DNA of 64,000 nt. Origin: Euprymna scolopes (lineage: Eukaryota). Under the pieces are notes generated by a model. It saw only the letters and a program-made list of their open reading frames with translations. It did not search any database and was not told the DNA's origin. The DNA lies in NCBI GenBank assembly GCA_053919585.1, contig CM132796.1; one strand, given 5' to 3'. Position numbers and translations under genes: made by a program. Position 1 is the stretch's first letter. Each line of letters begins with the position of its first letter. Positions 12,844-27,331 of this stretch are shown in pieces.

Positions 12844-13043
12844 ATATATATATATATATAAAAATAAGATATGCTTTTCACACGACTGCCTGCCGAGACA
12901 TAATAANNNNNNNNNNNNNNNNNNNNNNNNNNNNNNNNNNNNNNNNNNNNNNNNNNNNNNNNNNNNNNNNNNNNNNNNNNNNNNNNNNNNNNNNNNNNNN
13001 NNNNNNNNNNNNNNNNNNNNNNNNNNNNNNNNNNNNNNNNNNN

Positions 13044-13582
13044 NTTATTATGTCTCGGCAGTCGTGTGAAAAGCATATCTTATTTTTCTTTTATTAATAT
13101 TATTGGAATTTTCCCCTTTTCTTTTCTTTGTACATATTTCTGAATTATTCCATGGATTTCGGCCTTTTGGATTATCTTGGACCATCTCCCACGTACGTGA
13201 TTTCCTTGGTTGGGTTTTACTTGTGCAAATGGAAACTGAATTAACTTTCTTGGAGTTATATTTTTGGATTTTACCGTCATTGGATCATTCACCTTTCACC
13301 AGACTATCTATTCACGTGTAATCACCTTTTTCTTCACCATATTCTCTCTGCTTCACTTTTTGTTATCAAGTAAGATCTGTGACTTACTTGTTGTTTCATC
13401 AAATACTTTTATATGCAAAATCCGTTCCATCATTTTGCTAATTCCTACTTTCTGACGAGAAGAGAGTATTGCTTCGAAACTCCGCGGATTAAGAACAATC
13501 CATTTATCAAGTGTTTCCTTTTCAGATTAAATGTGTTTAACTCTTTTTCAAGGTGTTTTTAACATATTTTATTAACCGTTTG

Positions 13583-13590
<8 letters not shown>
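13044..13590 (+). mobile_element. Hammerhead-bearing short repeat family C, copy 1
   Basis: Colinear with 48911-49442; contains CTGACGA GAAG..CTTC GAAA CTCCGCGGA TTA AG at about 13449-13494; ends in (TA)n. Confidence 0.75.
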
Positions 13591-13620
<30 letters not shown>

Positions 13621-16600
13621 GCACACAGTATTTTCGATAGAATCATTTATATTTTTTCAAGTTAAATGTCTAGGTACGTGTAGATCATAAATTACAGTCC
13701 TGTATAATTCTACTTCCTCCTGTTGTTTACAACTTCTGTTAAATTTCCGCTTCTGTCTCCGTGGCGCCATATCTTTTTCGTCCAATTCACATTCATCAAA
13801 ATCTCTCTTTCCATTGTTTAGTTTCCTTTTCCTCTGTTTATTGTATTTTTGTTGTTTTTTACATTTTATTTTGTCTATGTCGCCTTCGCTTTATTTCAAT
13901 TTTATTTTGTATTCCTCTCTCTACTTTTTCTGTGTTTTTTCCTTGAATTGTCCCATCCTCTGTGTCTTCCATGCGATTAATGTCTGTCAACAAATTGCTA
14001 CGCATAAACACTGCGAATAAAATCAAGGCAAAACGCATTTAAAACAATAAAGAAAATGGGAAAACGATGTAAAATAAGATGTTCTGTCTTTTTTTTAATT
14101 GCAAGAAATCGAAAACAATTGAAAGCTAAAGCGAACCTAAAAGTGAAGACTTGGAGAAAGTTTTATAATAGTTTAATTAGTCTAGATCGTTCAGAGGTTG
14201 GAAGGTTTGTTAGGTCTTGTGTTGAAGAAACTGGTTAACCCTTATGAAAATATGGTGGCGAATCTTCAGGTCAGGAAAAGAGGGACAAACAAGGAACAAA
14301 AGTCGTGTATACTTTTTTTGTTGAGGCTGGGGATGTTGCAGAGTTCGTCGCAAAAAGACAGTAAACGCTAATAAAAGCACCAAAGAAGAAAACCTAATGC
14401 TTTATATAGCTATTTAAATTGTTTAGTTTTATTACCATCTTATTTTATCATCCTTATTACTAAGCTTGAAAATGGGGATATAAAATCTAATTATTTCAAG
14501 GTGGATTTCAAGGTGGAATAAGTAAAATTCAAGAAGAAATATGTGCGTACATTTTAATATAATCCGGCAATCAATTGCGCGTAAAATATTAAAACAATAT
14601 AAAATTTTAAATATTTTATTTAGAACCAAAAATCACATACATTATAAAAATGGGAACTAGAGACTGAATTATTACCTCGAAATACTTCAATTGCACTTAA
14701 TTCAAAGTTCTCAGATGTCGATGTAGAAAATACATAGTATATCAGATACAGAAAAGACATTATCAATTCTACTGCAAAATTTAGTTCCCTCTAAAATGTA
14801 GGAAAACTCATATCCAATAATATTTTTTATTCTTACAAAGCAACTATTTGTTTATTCATAGTGTATTCTTCCCCAAAAAGAGGCTGGCGTATATATCCTA
14901 GTCTCCCTCTTTAACAGGGTCCAAAAAAATGGCAAATCTAATAGGTTCCGCATTATGAAATATGTCCACCGCTGTCCAATCTCTGAAATGTGACTCTTTT
15001 TTTTACAAATATATTACATTAATGTAGTCTGATGAAATCGTAGCAATTGGGCCTTAGACTTAAATAGACCGAATGAATCAGGCAAAGAGAAATATCACAC
15101 CTATTCATTGTTAAGCAGATAATGGAAATACTTCTATTTAATAACTTCTTTCTGTCGATCTGCTAGTATTGAATATTCTAGGTAGGGGCAAAATGAATGC
15201 CGATGCTGAAAATGTATAAACATTTTAACCACTCCCATACACATAAAAATCACCAAAAATTAGGAAATAAACCAAATTTAATGGAATTTTTAGAATTAAT
15301 CAAGTAATGATCGTGGAATATAATGAACTATTTATTTTTATTTTAATCTCAGTGGATATGTATTATTTTGTCTAAACAACAATACCTTTACTAAAGCTAT
15401 GGTTTTCAGTAGTAAATAAGAAACGCAAGAATTTATTTTTGCTTTTTTATTAAAATGAAGCATCGCAATTTGTTACAATAAAAATAAAATAAAATAATTT
15501 TTACAGGAACATTACGAAAAAAAGCCCCTAAAATCCGTATTAATGAATTCGATATAACTGGAAGAAAAATGTATTTCTCGAACTACCGATATTACCATTG
15601 AATTAAGAATTGTTTATTTAATATTTTCACACAAAAAATATAATTGCAAAAAATATTTCTCATTTTTTTTTTAAATTACAGGTTTCGCATAATTTTTATA
15701 TGCAAGATTTGTATAATTTCCTCGCTCACAAAAATGTGAAACTTGCGGCCTAACATCTGTTTTCATATAATATTGAACAATAATTAAAAAAATAATTTAA
15801 ACACGGGAACATAGAAAATTAATTAAAGTAAAAAATGGAAAACCTTATACAAGCGTTCAGAATAGGAATGTATAGATGCACGTCTGGGACAAACTATCAC
15901 CCCCTTCCTCCCTTTTCGTTACATGACGTAATTTTCACAGTCTTTCGACTGCCTGGAATGTTGGGATTTGTTAAATTCCGTGTTTTAATTTGTTGCGTTT
16001 TTCGAACTGCAGAATCCTCGATTTGGGGCTAATTAATTTATGTTTTTTACAAGAAAGTTGTTTTCTTTTTAATTTAATTCAATATCTTAGGACTTTACTA
16101 GTTATCTTAAAAATAGACACAGGAAACTAGTATTTATCTTTTAAAGGATTTTTACAATGAATTTTTTCACTTCAAAATTTAGCTGAATTGGGTTGTTCGC
16201 CGTGAAAACATTTTTTATAACTTTTTTTCACGTGCACAAATATTTTGTTCCTTTTGGAAATTAAGTTTAGTCCTTAATCTTGCAAATACAATCGAAGCGT
16301 AGTAGGAAACCTACAATAAAATTATGATAAATCAGCTTTCAAAACTAGGTCCCCCAAATTTTGTCCGCCTATATTAACCCGTACCAAGAATATTCCTATC
16401 TGCTTGTGGCGTCCAGTATTGTAATAAAACAGACAGGCATTTAAACGTAATATAATCACCCAAATAACTGTTCATCTTAATTCATAGTGTCCCTGAAGAC
16501 ACTCTCACCACTAGGAACCCCTATTGCCTGCATGGAAGAAGTAAACTATGCTTTGTAGGGAAGGAGTAAAAAATGTTAAGGTGTATATTTTACCTCCAGG

Positions 16601-18929
16601 AAATACATACTGAATCATGAAAACGTGTTGTTTTAGTTGGGTGTATACTATCTAGATTGTCCTGGAACAAATGTTTCTGAACGAATGAAATATCATGAAC
16701 TCTTATGTATACCTACGTTGTTTCACTAGTTATTAACCATCTATGAAGGTCACATTCACTAAAAGAAGATGTTTGAGCGTCACGTTGACAGTGACACAAC
16801 GCTGTAATGGATAGTAATGATAGGAATTGAGAAAAAAAATTGGTTATTAAAAATGCCGACGAAACAATAATTTTTATGTTGGATTTTAGGAAAAAACTCT
16901 TCTGATGATGTGTTCATTAAGTTTAAGTTACAGATAACGAGTGAAGTTAATTATTTTCAGTAGCTTTGGCTGGACTAGTGCAGGTTGTGAATGTTTTCTT
17001 TATGAGATGTTTTAATTGAATTCCAGCAGAGCCCTTGACATGAAAATGGAGGTAGAGTATTGAAGGTCAACTAATAGCTTCACAGGAAAATTTAAATTGA
17101 ATTAGTTGGAGATTAGAGAAAAAAATCACTAAGATTTGTGAAATACATTGTGGAAAAATTTAAATCTCACTCCAGGATATTGGTCATATTTTGTCATACA
17201 ATTATCTGATTAGATATACTGTATGTTAAACGAATAAACATTTTTGTGAACGACCTCTAAATAAGAAACATGTGTGTTCCCATGTAGGGCATTGGTTAAA
17301 ATAAATGAATATTTAGTATTTTTGTATTTTAAACTAAATAGACTATTGTCTGCTTACACATAAACCTGTATGAAATTGCCATGCTTATAAAAGGCGACGA
17401 AACTCAGAAGTTAATCGTTTGGAATTCGATAGTCGCATATCAAAGTATGTTTTCGTTTGACAGTCCTACAAGGACCCTACTCCTCAAAGCAACCAGAGCA
17501 TCAACGTCACACAATAGCCAACCTAAAATCATTAACGTCTAGATTTCGTATGAATTGAAGTATGCTTTTTAAAAATATTTATTTTCATTTTTCTCACTTC
17601 ATATATTCTGAATGTATTCTGGTGTATCGCTGAATACTTTGACCGGAGAAATATAACACACTGCCTGGCGCGAGCTAGATACTCATTACTTAGCACGATT
17701 TCTAAGTATTCTTCTTTATTAATACAATCATATACATATTATCTTACTCTGTGAATATGCACTACATCTTAACTGCACTGTCCGAGATCTTACCACTTGG
17801 TACGCCTAGGAAATTCCATTTAAGGCAATTAACACAAACCCAGTTCATAAACAGTAACATTTTTTCTTTCGAAATTACAAATGACACTTCTCTTCCAAAA
17901 GTTTATGACATATTTTTTTATCTTTGCTTGGCAAGGCCGAACTTCATAACTTTCATTCCACAGTTCTCTGATTGAGAGACCTAAAGAGACCAACCCGTGG
18001 AAAGCGCCTAACGATCTAACTTCTCGGAAGCTATCAGTAAATCTAACCGTCCGTTCAAACGTTCAGCTTTAACTCCCATGCTTACACCTCCTCTTCAACC
18101 TCCCCCTTTTATTAAAGAGAATCTTTTCACAGCTGACCTATTTTAAGCTTTTACTAACGGGTAGAAACGATCACTGAAGGGTGAACAGGAATAAATATGA
18201 AGACAATCTATATTCAGAAGGGGTTTATCGGGAGTTCATCTAGTAAAATTACTTTTCCGGGGCGTATCTGCCCTATTCAATGAGATACCTTTTCAAACAA
18301 AGAACATTTCTCCTGGGTTGTCTTACACGGGCTAAAGATACTTTCTGTTGTCTATAATCTCTTTTCGTTCTTTGGTAAAGCATTTATTTTTGTAAAATCT
18401 GACATGCGTATTTATCACAGGACATGTTAGCCGACGCATAGGTTCATCACTTCTCAACAAATACAAGAAAATAGCTAAGAAGATTCGCACATTAAATTGT
18501 AACAGTATAAGTTTATGTTCATTCTCAGATTCTATGAATACGTTTTTTCTTAAGTATTTAGTTCTTTCGCCTTATTTTTTAAGCAAAGATTTTTATTTCT
18601 ATTGGCTTTCGGAGAAATATGTTATAAGGCGTTTCCATTCGCACAAATACATCGTTGCATATTACTATTGTGAACAAAGGGTCTTCCGTGCATCTGAAAT
18701 GAGGAGGTATGTTTTGTTAACTTGACATTGATGAGGCATCTGTCCATCAATGTGGCCATTCTATTTTGGAAGGTCGATGTTTGACTTTTTCCACATTAGT
18801 CTAAATGTCAAAAATTGTACAATATAAGTGGACCTATGCTTCATGGATATTTGCATGTACATAATGATTCTTCACGAGGAATTTGAAAGTTGCCGGTTCT
18901 ATTCAAGAAGCGAGAACGTGTCGACGATT

Positions 18930-19460
18930 AATGTAAAGAAATGCAAAGAAAAATGAATCAACGTCTTTCATAAGACTGATTACACAGGGAGAAACCCGGG
19001 TCTCTCACTATGTTCATGAGTATGAAGCCTAGTATATGGGTTGAAAGTATTTGGATTAAGAACTTCTACAGGAAATGGTGCAGCTTTCATATGGCAAGAA
19101 CAGGTTCACAGTTTTTTAGTATCAGGTTGAAATAGTAATGAGAGACTTTCTTGAAAAAGGCACCACAGTTACAGTGAATTCTTGACTTTTATCAAAGAAG
19201 GCAAGATAAACAAAAATATACTCTTCCTGCAAAACAACGCTCCATTGCACCATCCTCATGTAATCAGATCAGAAACACATGTGTATGATTTAGAAATCGT
19301 TCCTATCCCTATATTCTCCTGACCTTGAACGTTCTGTATTTTGCCAGTTCCCATCGTTTACTCGATGATACAGCCTTGATTTTTGAAGTCATGTATGGAG
19401 GACGACAAACCTGAGGTCTTCTACAAAATCACTAAACGGTGGGATTACTGTGTAATGTGC
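18930..19460 (+). pseudogene. Mariner (DD34D-type) transposase relic
   Basis: Decayed motifs LITQGETRVSHY, DFLEKGTTV, LFLQNNAPLH and PYSPDL..S. Confidence 0.75.
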
Positions 19461-20537
19461 TAATTCTGGGTGCTTCATTGCTACGAGAAGTCTGTTCGGG
19501 ATATGATTGATTGAACAACCTTAATAATACAAGGGAATTCCCTTTTTTTAACTGCGTTATTACCTTGTGCCTACGGTTTAATAGATTTGAATAGCGGCTC
19601 ATATAAAATACAATTAATAAATGTTACTTCACAGTTTCATTAGATGTATCTGTCGTGTGAAACTCGCATAAAAATACACACTTTGGCCATTGAAACTAAG
19701 TTGTGCAGTATTATAACATAGTCTGCTTTTGGGTCGGACGTATATAGAATCAATATATGACAGAAAGTTCTACAATGATTGGCTTTAAAGTTCGACTCAC
19801 ATAAGGAGACTACATTAGTAAAGTACATGAATAATTATGTTTAATTTTAAACATAGGTAATACTATAATATTTTGCGATCTGCGTTCGAGGTATACATTT
19901 ATAGGACAGAAATATCTGATAAATTCTAACAATAGTTTTGTATATAATTTCCCATAAGCGTCGGAATGAGAGTTCACTGGCACAATCGGTTAGAATCTAT
20001 GGGAGTTGTAAAATATTTTCTCTCTACTCGATTTCCGCCCGCGACCACTTAACTCCGCTGCGGATACGTCCACAGGGGAATATACGAGGAACAACGGTTT
20101 GAGTTCTTAGTTGCTTAAAAAATATGGATTGGCATTTTTCCGTCGGGTGAAATGCGACTTTACATTCGAGTTATTCTGTGGGTTACTTGTGCCATTTTAT
20201 AAATTTCTTCTTCTTTTTCCCCCTTTTTTATTCCCTTTAATTTTTTCTCTTTTTGTAGGGGGTGGGGGTTGCGATTTGAAGGATTACTTAAACGAAGTGA
20301 ACTAATATTGGATTCCAATTTTTACAAAGGCCTTTAACAGTCAGCCGCCAGTGTTCTCCAAATCTTGCACCGATTAATCGCTTCAATATTTTATTTACTG
20401 TCTTCATAGCATTTTTTTTCGCCTTAGTCTTCGGGTTCGGGCCCGTCTTCCTACCTAAACCTTTTTTCCTCTTTTACAACATTTTGTTCCTTTTTTTTAC
20501 ATTTGTTCTCGGTTTTGCTTAGTTTTGGTTTTTCCAA

Positions 20538-23500
20538 TTTTTTTTTAATTACATTTTCACCCCAAACAAGGCACATTGCCACTTTGGTGTAGGGGCTACT
20601 ATCAGGGGAAACATCTACTGGGGTACTATGTAGGGATTTGGGCAGCGAGATGTTGGTTCACGTTGCACTTGAACTTATGCATGTCAGTACAGTTGGGGAA
20701 GCAGTGACCTGGAATGGAATTCCAAAGTCTAGCAGTTCTGGGGAAGAAACTACTGGAGTAGAAAGATCTTTTACATCTAGAGATCTCTACAGTGTGGGGG
20801 TCGGATTTTGCAGCTTGTCGGGTTTGTCGAGGGTGTTTACGTCGTGGGGACACAAGTGCTTGCAGTTCATCAGAGCATTCGCCATTACATTACTTGTAGA
20901 ACAGGCAGAGGGATGCAACGTTTCGACGATGGGACAGAAGCTGAAGCTTAGATGCCAGTTTAGGGCCTATCAGATTTGAGACTCTCTTTTGAACCCTGTC
21001 AAGGAGCGAGAGACTAGTAGCCGATGCACCAGCCCAAATATGGCAGCAATACACCATACATGGGCGAATAGTGGCCTTGTAGATGTACAGGATACTTTCG
21101 GGTGTTAGAAGTTTTCTAGCACGGTAGAGAGAGCCCACCTTCCTCGCAGCGGCCCTGGCAATGCTCTCGATGTAATTGTTCCAGCTCATGTTTCCTGTGA
21201 ACGTTAGGCCAAAGAGCTTGAGAGACGTACTCTCAGATAAGGAGTCGTTGGCCCTTGCTATAGGTGGTAGAGAAGGTTTCTTGTAATTATTGAATGAAAC
21301 CAGTTTTGTCTTGGCGGCATTGAACGTGACCATCCATTTTTGTCCCCATTCCACTACTGATTGGAGGTCATCCTCTAGTGTTTCTGCCATTACTTTAGAT
21401 ATATGTTGATTTGTTTTCCTGTCGTGCCTGCTATAGAGTGTGGTGTCATCAGCATATATACCCATCTCAGAGGCAATTTTGTCGGGAGGTCATTTATGAA
21501 TATCAGGAACAGCAGAGGTCTAAGGATAGATCCCTGGGGCACTCCCGCATTTATATCATATTGTTTAGATGTACGACCGTCGAGGACAACCTGGATGTTT
21601 CTCTTATCTAAGAAGGATTTAATTATGTTAAGTATTCTACCAGTGATACCGCATGATCTAACATTCCTGAGGAGACCCTCATGCCATACCCTGTCAAAAG
21701 CCTTGGATATATCTAGAGCTACCGCTCTGCCCTCTCCCGCTTTGTCCAGTGAATGGTATATGCGTTCAGAGATTACAGTGAGGATGTCTGCCGTGGAACG
21801 GGCTTGTCTAAATCCATATTGTTGGTCGGTCAGAAGTTTAGCATCTGTAAGGTGCTGGACTAGAGCATGGTTAATTAAGGTCTCAAATATTTTGGCAAAA
21901 AGTGGTAGGAGGCTAATAGGGCGATAATTTATGGGTCAGTTCTTTCGCCAGAATTCTTGAATACTCGTACCACAGAAGCAGTTTTCCAACAGCCCGGAAA
22001 GCAAGATTCATTAAGGCATTTGTTGTAGAGTTTGGAGAGAACTGGAGCTACTTCGGCTGAGCACTTTTTTAATAGCACAGCTGGGATGAGCTCGAGTTCA
22101 CATGCTTTTTAAGTGTCAAAGTTTGTTATGATAGCATGTACCTGAGCAGGGGTGATTATTAGATCGTCAAGCGTGGCGTCTGTCCGCATAGGAAATTGAG
22201 GTAGGGGGTGGTTTAGAGGGTCCAGTGTGGAGTTTGAGGCAAACCGACTGGCAAGCATGTTAGCCTTCTCGGTTGCTGAGCAAAGAACCTCGTGATTGTT
22301 GGTTAGTGGGAGAATTGCTGATTGCCCATTATTTACTACACTGTTGTAGATTTTCCAGAAGTCACGAGTTCCTAGTTTTTGTGCTTCGATGCGTTTTTTA
22401 GTGGTTTCCGTAAATTCCCTCTTAGCTGTCGCTATTTCTTTCTTAACGTTACTTCTAGCTTCTATGTACTTCTGTCTGTTTGAACTGGACTTATGTCGGT
22501 TAAACCTGCAGAATGCATGCTGCCTTTGGGCAATGGCAGTTGCACAAGTCGAAGTAAACCATTGGGGAGAGTGGGGCTTGCTATAGAATTTCCGCATGGG
22601 AACATGCGCTTCGATTGCAGTTTTGAACCATTCAGTGGTTTCGGTTGCACACTTTTCAGCAGGAAGAGAAAAAAATATTTCCCCATGGGGCGTCTCTGAT
22701 GAGATCTCTGATGGCTTCCCAGTCAGCCTTTTTATAATATCTCGTTGTTTTGAGCACTGGCTCTTCAGTTTTGGGTCTAGAGTTTAGGGTGATTTCAACC
22801 ATTATCACCGCATGATCAGCGTTCCCAAGTGGGCTGTCGGCTTTCGTTACACAGTCATCAGGAACTGTGGTCAAAAACAGATCTAATAGTGATGCGTGTT
22901 GTTCTTCCTGATCAGGGAAGCGGGTTGGAAAAGTAACAATTTGAGTGAGATACAGAGAAGCTATGAGTTGCGCTGCCTGCTGCATCTGTGTAAGTAGAGA
23001 ATCCAAGCATGTTTTTGTGATGAACATTAAAGTCACCAAATACATGTACTTGGGCACTAGTGTCGAAGGAGAGTGCTGTGTCTATGCTGTCAGATACTTT
23101 GTTTATTATGGTGCAGTCTTGGGTCGAGGGAGAGCGGTAGAGAAAGTAAAAGTAGCTAATGTTGTGTTGCATGATTAGTCTAAAGCACATAAAGGCTTGA
23201 TCATCCGTTTCTAGGTTTGTTTCTCTAGGCAAGGGAAGGGTATTACCAATGTAAACTCCAAGTCCGTGCATATGTCTGTCAGAGTCCTTACGGCAGAGTG
23301 GGAGATATCCAGGCATGTTAAAATAGTTAGAGGGAATGGAGGAGTGTAGGGTAGTCTCACTTAGTGCTAAGATATCCGGGGTATTTGTTAGGAGAAATGC
23401 TTCAAAATCAGCTAAATTAGTTCTAAGCCCACGGATATTTGTGAATGCAAGCCTCAAGGGAGGAGGCAAGTTGGATTTGTTTGACCCTAAGCCTGGTTTA

Positions 23501-23774
23501 AGCTCATTTTTAGATTGTACTGTCATAATTTTTTAACGAGTTTCAGTTAGGGGAAGCCGAACAGGAGGTTATGCAGAATATCACACATGCATCACAAGTA
23601 GACCATCAGCTGCCCCTCCATCAACTAGGACTGTAGCCTCAGGAAAGCCCACCGGGGATGAGTGCAGGGTCCCTTTCCATGCGCGCCATGGCACTGCAAA
23701 AATCCCGATATATTTTTATAACATCGTGTTTTTTTTATAATATTAAAGCAGGGCCCACCTCCTACATACACAGC
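20538..23774 (-). mobile_element. CR1/Zenon-like LINE, near full length, single APE-RT ORF, frameshifted
   Basis: APE motifs FTNIRGLRTN, LSET, YRSPS, GDFN (22912-23526); RT YADD (about 21450); C-terminal HRRNVASLCLFYK; poly(A) at 20538; candidate 5-bp TSD TCCAA at 20533-20537 and 23775-23779. Confidence 0.93.
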
Positions 23775-24022
23775 TCCAAACACCCGGGCAAAACGTGATA
23801 CCCCCGCTAGTTTTTTTTATACATGACACTGTAAAAGATTTATTCCTAAACTGAGTAACGTATAATTATTAATTTTGAGATACATTCTAAACGTAAGAGG
23901 CGATAATGTGGGCTACAGCTAGTTTAATTAACTTTATTAAAGAAGAGGTTGAGGTCTTGTATTAAATAAAATATACAGTAGTAAAATAATTTAGTAAATG
24001 AAGTGTTTTTTTTAACTCAGTA

Positions 24023-25761
24023 CTCGTGCTAGTCAAAAAAAAAAGAACATTATGTTTTTTTGGCGCAAAATTCTTATTGTGGACGATCTGTGAGATGTAA
24101 TTGGTGCTAAAATATCCCTATAATGCTAAACTAACTGAAATAGTTGTTTTACGACTTAATTTTTTTTCATATCAATTGCAATGTCAGTTTTTGAATATTT
24201 CGTGTTTCAAAATAATAAAACAATGCAGGTAAAGTAAACAAAAATTTTTTTTATTAACATAAATACAAATAAAATTAATCAATATTTAGTAGCAGTACTT
24301 TTGCCTTGATAAGAGCATCAATTCGCCAGGACATGGAATCAACAAGCTTCTCGCTATTATGTGTAGACACTGAATCCCATGTGTTCTGGATTGCAATCCT
24401 CATCGCTGCAAGGGTAGTAGTTTTTTTCTTTTCGGAGCTTCCTCTTCATCTGGTCCCACAGGGCTTAAATAACGTTCAAATCTGGCGAGTTTGCCGGCTA
24501 TTCAAGAACAGGGATTGATCGTTATCGCAGCCAGGAAGACGTGGTCTTGGCAGAGTGTGCCGGTGTCAAGTCATGTTGAAAAATTATGTCTGTAGCCTCC
24601 CTGTCAAACTGGTTATCCAACACTGGCAGTAAATTAGCTTCCAATATATATTGGTACACTTTTGCGTTTACAGTTCCTGTGGTGAAGAATAAATTTCCAA
24701 CACCTTTTTCACTCATACAGCCCCAAACTATGCAAGACTGCGGGAACTTCAGACTTCTTAACGCATTCTTGGTTATACCGTTCCGTGGTTCTTCGCCAAA
24801 CACGTGGCCCTTGGTCGCCGAAGGAGATACAAAATTGAGACTCATCTGAAAAGATCACACGCCGCCATTCGTCTGTAGTCCAGGTTTGGTAAACAGTTGC
24901 CCATCGCAGCCTCTTCAACATCTGCTTCTTGTTAAGGAGTGGTGTGGTGGCAGCTATACAATTTCCGTATTCCAGTTGCCGGAGCCTTCGGTAAGTAGTG
25001 CTTCTCGAAACGCCAGCACCAGAAGCCTGTTTCCATGCTTCAGTGATATGACTTGTTGATTGAAATCGGCTTTTTTTTGCCCCCTTGTCCAGTGCCGCTC
25101 TTGTCTTTTGGTGGTCCCTTTCTTGCGATTGCTGTTGGAAACACCCTCAGAACCTTTCCGGAGCACTTTGGTAACCGACCAACCTACCTTGATTGCGATT
25201 TCCATGTGCGTCTTTCCTTCTGCCCGCAAATCAAAGATACGCTGCTTCTCAGGCAACGATATGTCTTTAGAGCCACCCATAATGATAAAGTATTATTAAA
25301 TCGCTTTCAAAATCTTTTTAAACATGTAAAGCTCGCGTAGAGCGAGAGCTTCTTTTTTTCTGACTTGGCAAAAGGCAAATGGCGGCCTCCAATGTTTCAA
25401 CTTGTAACCATACTCATGGGAAGTCACCCTCATTGTTATCTTTCCAAGAGGAGTCTATGCTACTATCATGATGTTTAAGGTGGGTAACTGGTTGGGCCTC
25501 TACAAAACAATATTTGCATTTTATTTTGTTTAAGATTACTCAACGACAAAATGTTCTATTAAATTGAAACGTTGACTTTTCTAATGTGACAATAAAGTAC
25601 TCATTGTCTGACATATGCACCTTCTCAAATTTTTACAAATAAATTCAATTGTAATTTACATATAAGATAACTCGCCTGCACAATTTGCAAGTCGAAAATT
25701 ATCCCAAACGGAATGATTTTACAGTTTTATACATATGTTCTTTTTTTTTGACCAGCGCGAA
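24023..25761 (-). mobile_element. Tc1-family (DD34E) transposon, copy 2, defective
   Basis: Same TIRs and TA TSD as 5932-7584; QHD followed 34 residues later by the PANSPDLNVI[E] position, now a stop. Confidence 0.95.
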
Positions 25762-27102
25762 TATAACAGTATAACGGCCAGTCTATGTAAAGCAATACTG
25801 TGGGATATCTTTCCAGCTGAATAAAACATAGGCGTTTTCAAGTCTGATGTACAAAAATATTTCTGTTGCATTTCCTCAATATTAAAATTTGGAGCACTCT
25901 TATCTATCTTTGCCATCCATCACCACATGTCTCATCGCACATGAGGCAAACACATTATCTCTTTTGCCTTTGGCCTAGATGAGTTGTTTCTCCTTAACAA
26001 TTAATGCAACTCTGAGACAACGTTGGGAGAAATAGCTAGTTGTTAATGTTTCTCTTTTAAGAATGAATGGTTCTCTTTAAATTTCAAAGCTGTGTTGAAA
26101 AACATTTACATACTAATTTAATTAACTATAAATAGTTTAACCGAGTGTTCAGTTTCATTATATCATTCAATTTTAAATTTACTTGAATTTTAAATTTACT
26201 TTTAAATTGACTTGAAGGAAAATGCTCAGAAAATGACTTTTTGTAAGTTCAAATACTAGCAAAAGATAAATGTTAGATGACTAGAACAAAACATCTTTTG
26301 CCAGAAATTTCGCTCTGGGAATATCAAAACTAAAGGCCAATACAAGCAAAGCGGAAGTTACAAAATTTCTGAAAGTAAACTAAAGGTTTGATTTTTACTA
26401 TTTTTAACTTTTAAACAAATAACAAAAGCACATTTTTAGCAAGATAAAATGATGCTAAATATCGGTTTCGACTAACTTTATAATTAAAAAAAAACTGAAT
26501 TCTTTATCAACATTGTGTATTTTTTTTTCTGTTTACAATATTGAAAACTAAAGAAAATGAATACAAATTTGTATTTATGAATCTAATGCATACCTCTAAA
26601 TTATACTGTGCACTATCTGTGAATACGCGTTGCTTACCGTAATCAGATTTATTCTCTAATTGTTTTCAATTCTGTCTGGAATTATGTTTCGAAAGTTTTG
26701 AGATGATACTTACATATTTGGATTATTTGGATATTTTGCTGTATGTTTCCACAGATGTTACTCTCCATATTCTTTCATTGTATTCGGTTTAACTCCTTGA
26801 ATGTTCACGTGAAAATCGATAATCGAGCATGTGCGGAATTTCTGACCCAACTCTCGTTTCGTCAGCAAGAACCGGGTAAAAATTTTCAGTAATTCGTAAT
26901 TGTATATTTTGCATCGTCTCTACTATTGGTTGAATTTTTAATCTGAGTAACAGTTAGCTCTTTTGACGAAAGAAGAGTAAGTTGCCTTCTGTGGGTAAAA
27001 TTTTAAGTTTCGAGTAAGACATAATAATTTTTGAGTTCGATCGGGTGCATTTAGAACAGTAAACTTATGCAACAGAGACTATATTTATAATGCGTTTATA
27101 TA

Positions 27103-27331
27103 CAGGGTGAACCATATGTCACGCACCAAAGAATTAAGTGAAATGAAACTGTAAAATCTGCGCGGCAAAATATATTTTCTTTTTATGAGGTATAAGATAC
27201 ATCTTTTACGGTTGTATCAGCGTGTACAACGTGTTTTTCAGTTTATTGGTTAAGTTTGGTTTTAATAAATAACGTCTATTGCTATCAGAATTATTTCAAG
27301 CCCTTTGGTGCGCGACTTATGCCCTACCCTA
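27103..27331. mobile_element. Tc1/mariner-type MITE
   Basis: Imperfect TIRs of about 29 bp, CAGGGTGAACCATATGTCACGCACCAAAG / CTTTGGTGCGCGACTTATGCCCTACCCTA, with TA flanks. Confidence 0.7.

Noticed and set aside
16370-18720. Possible piggyBac C-terminal relics with TTAA-CC ends
   Set aside because: Too decayed; no matching TIR pair or catalytic motif could be confirmed
26750-26880. Possible plus-strand exon (CACAG...GTAAAA) with one open frame
   Set aside because: The peptide is unrecognisable and there are no supporting neighbouring exons
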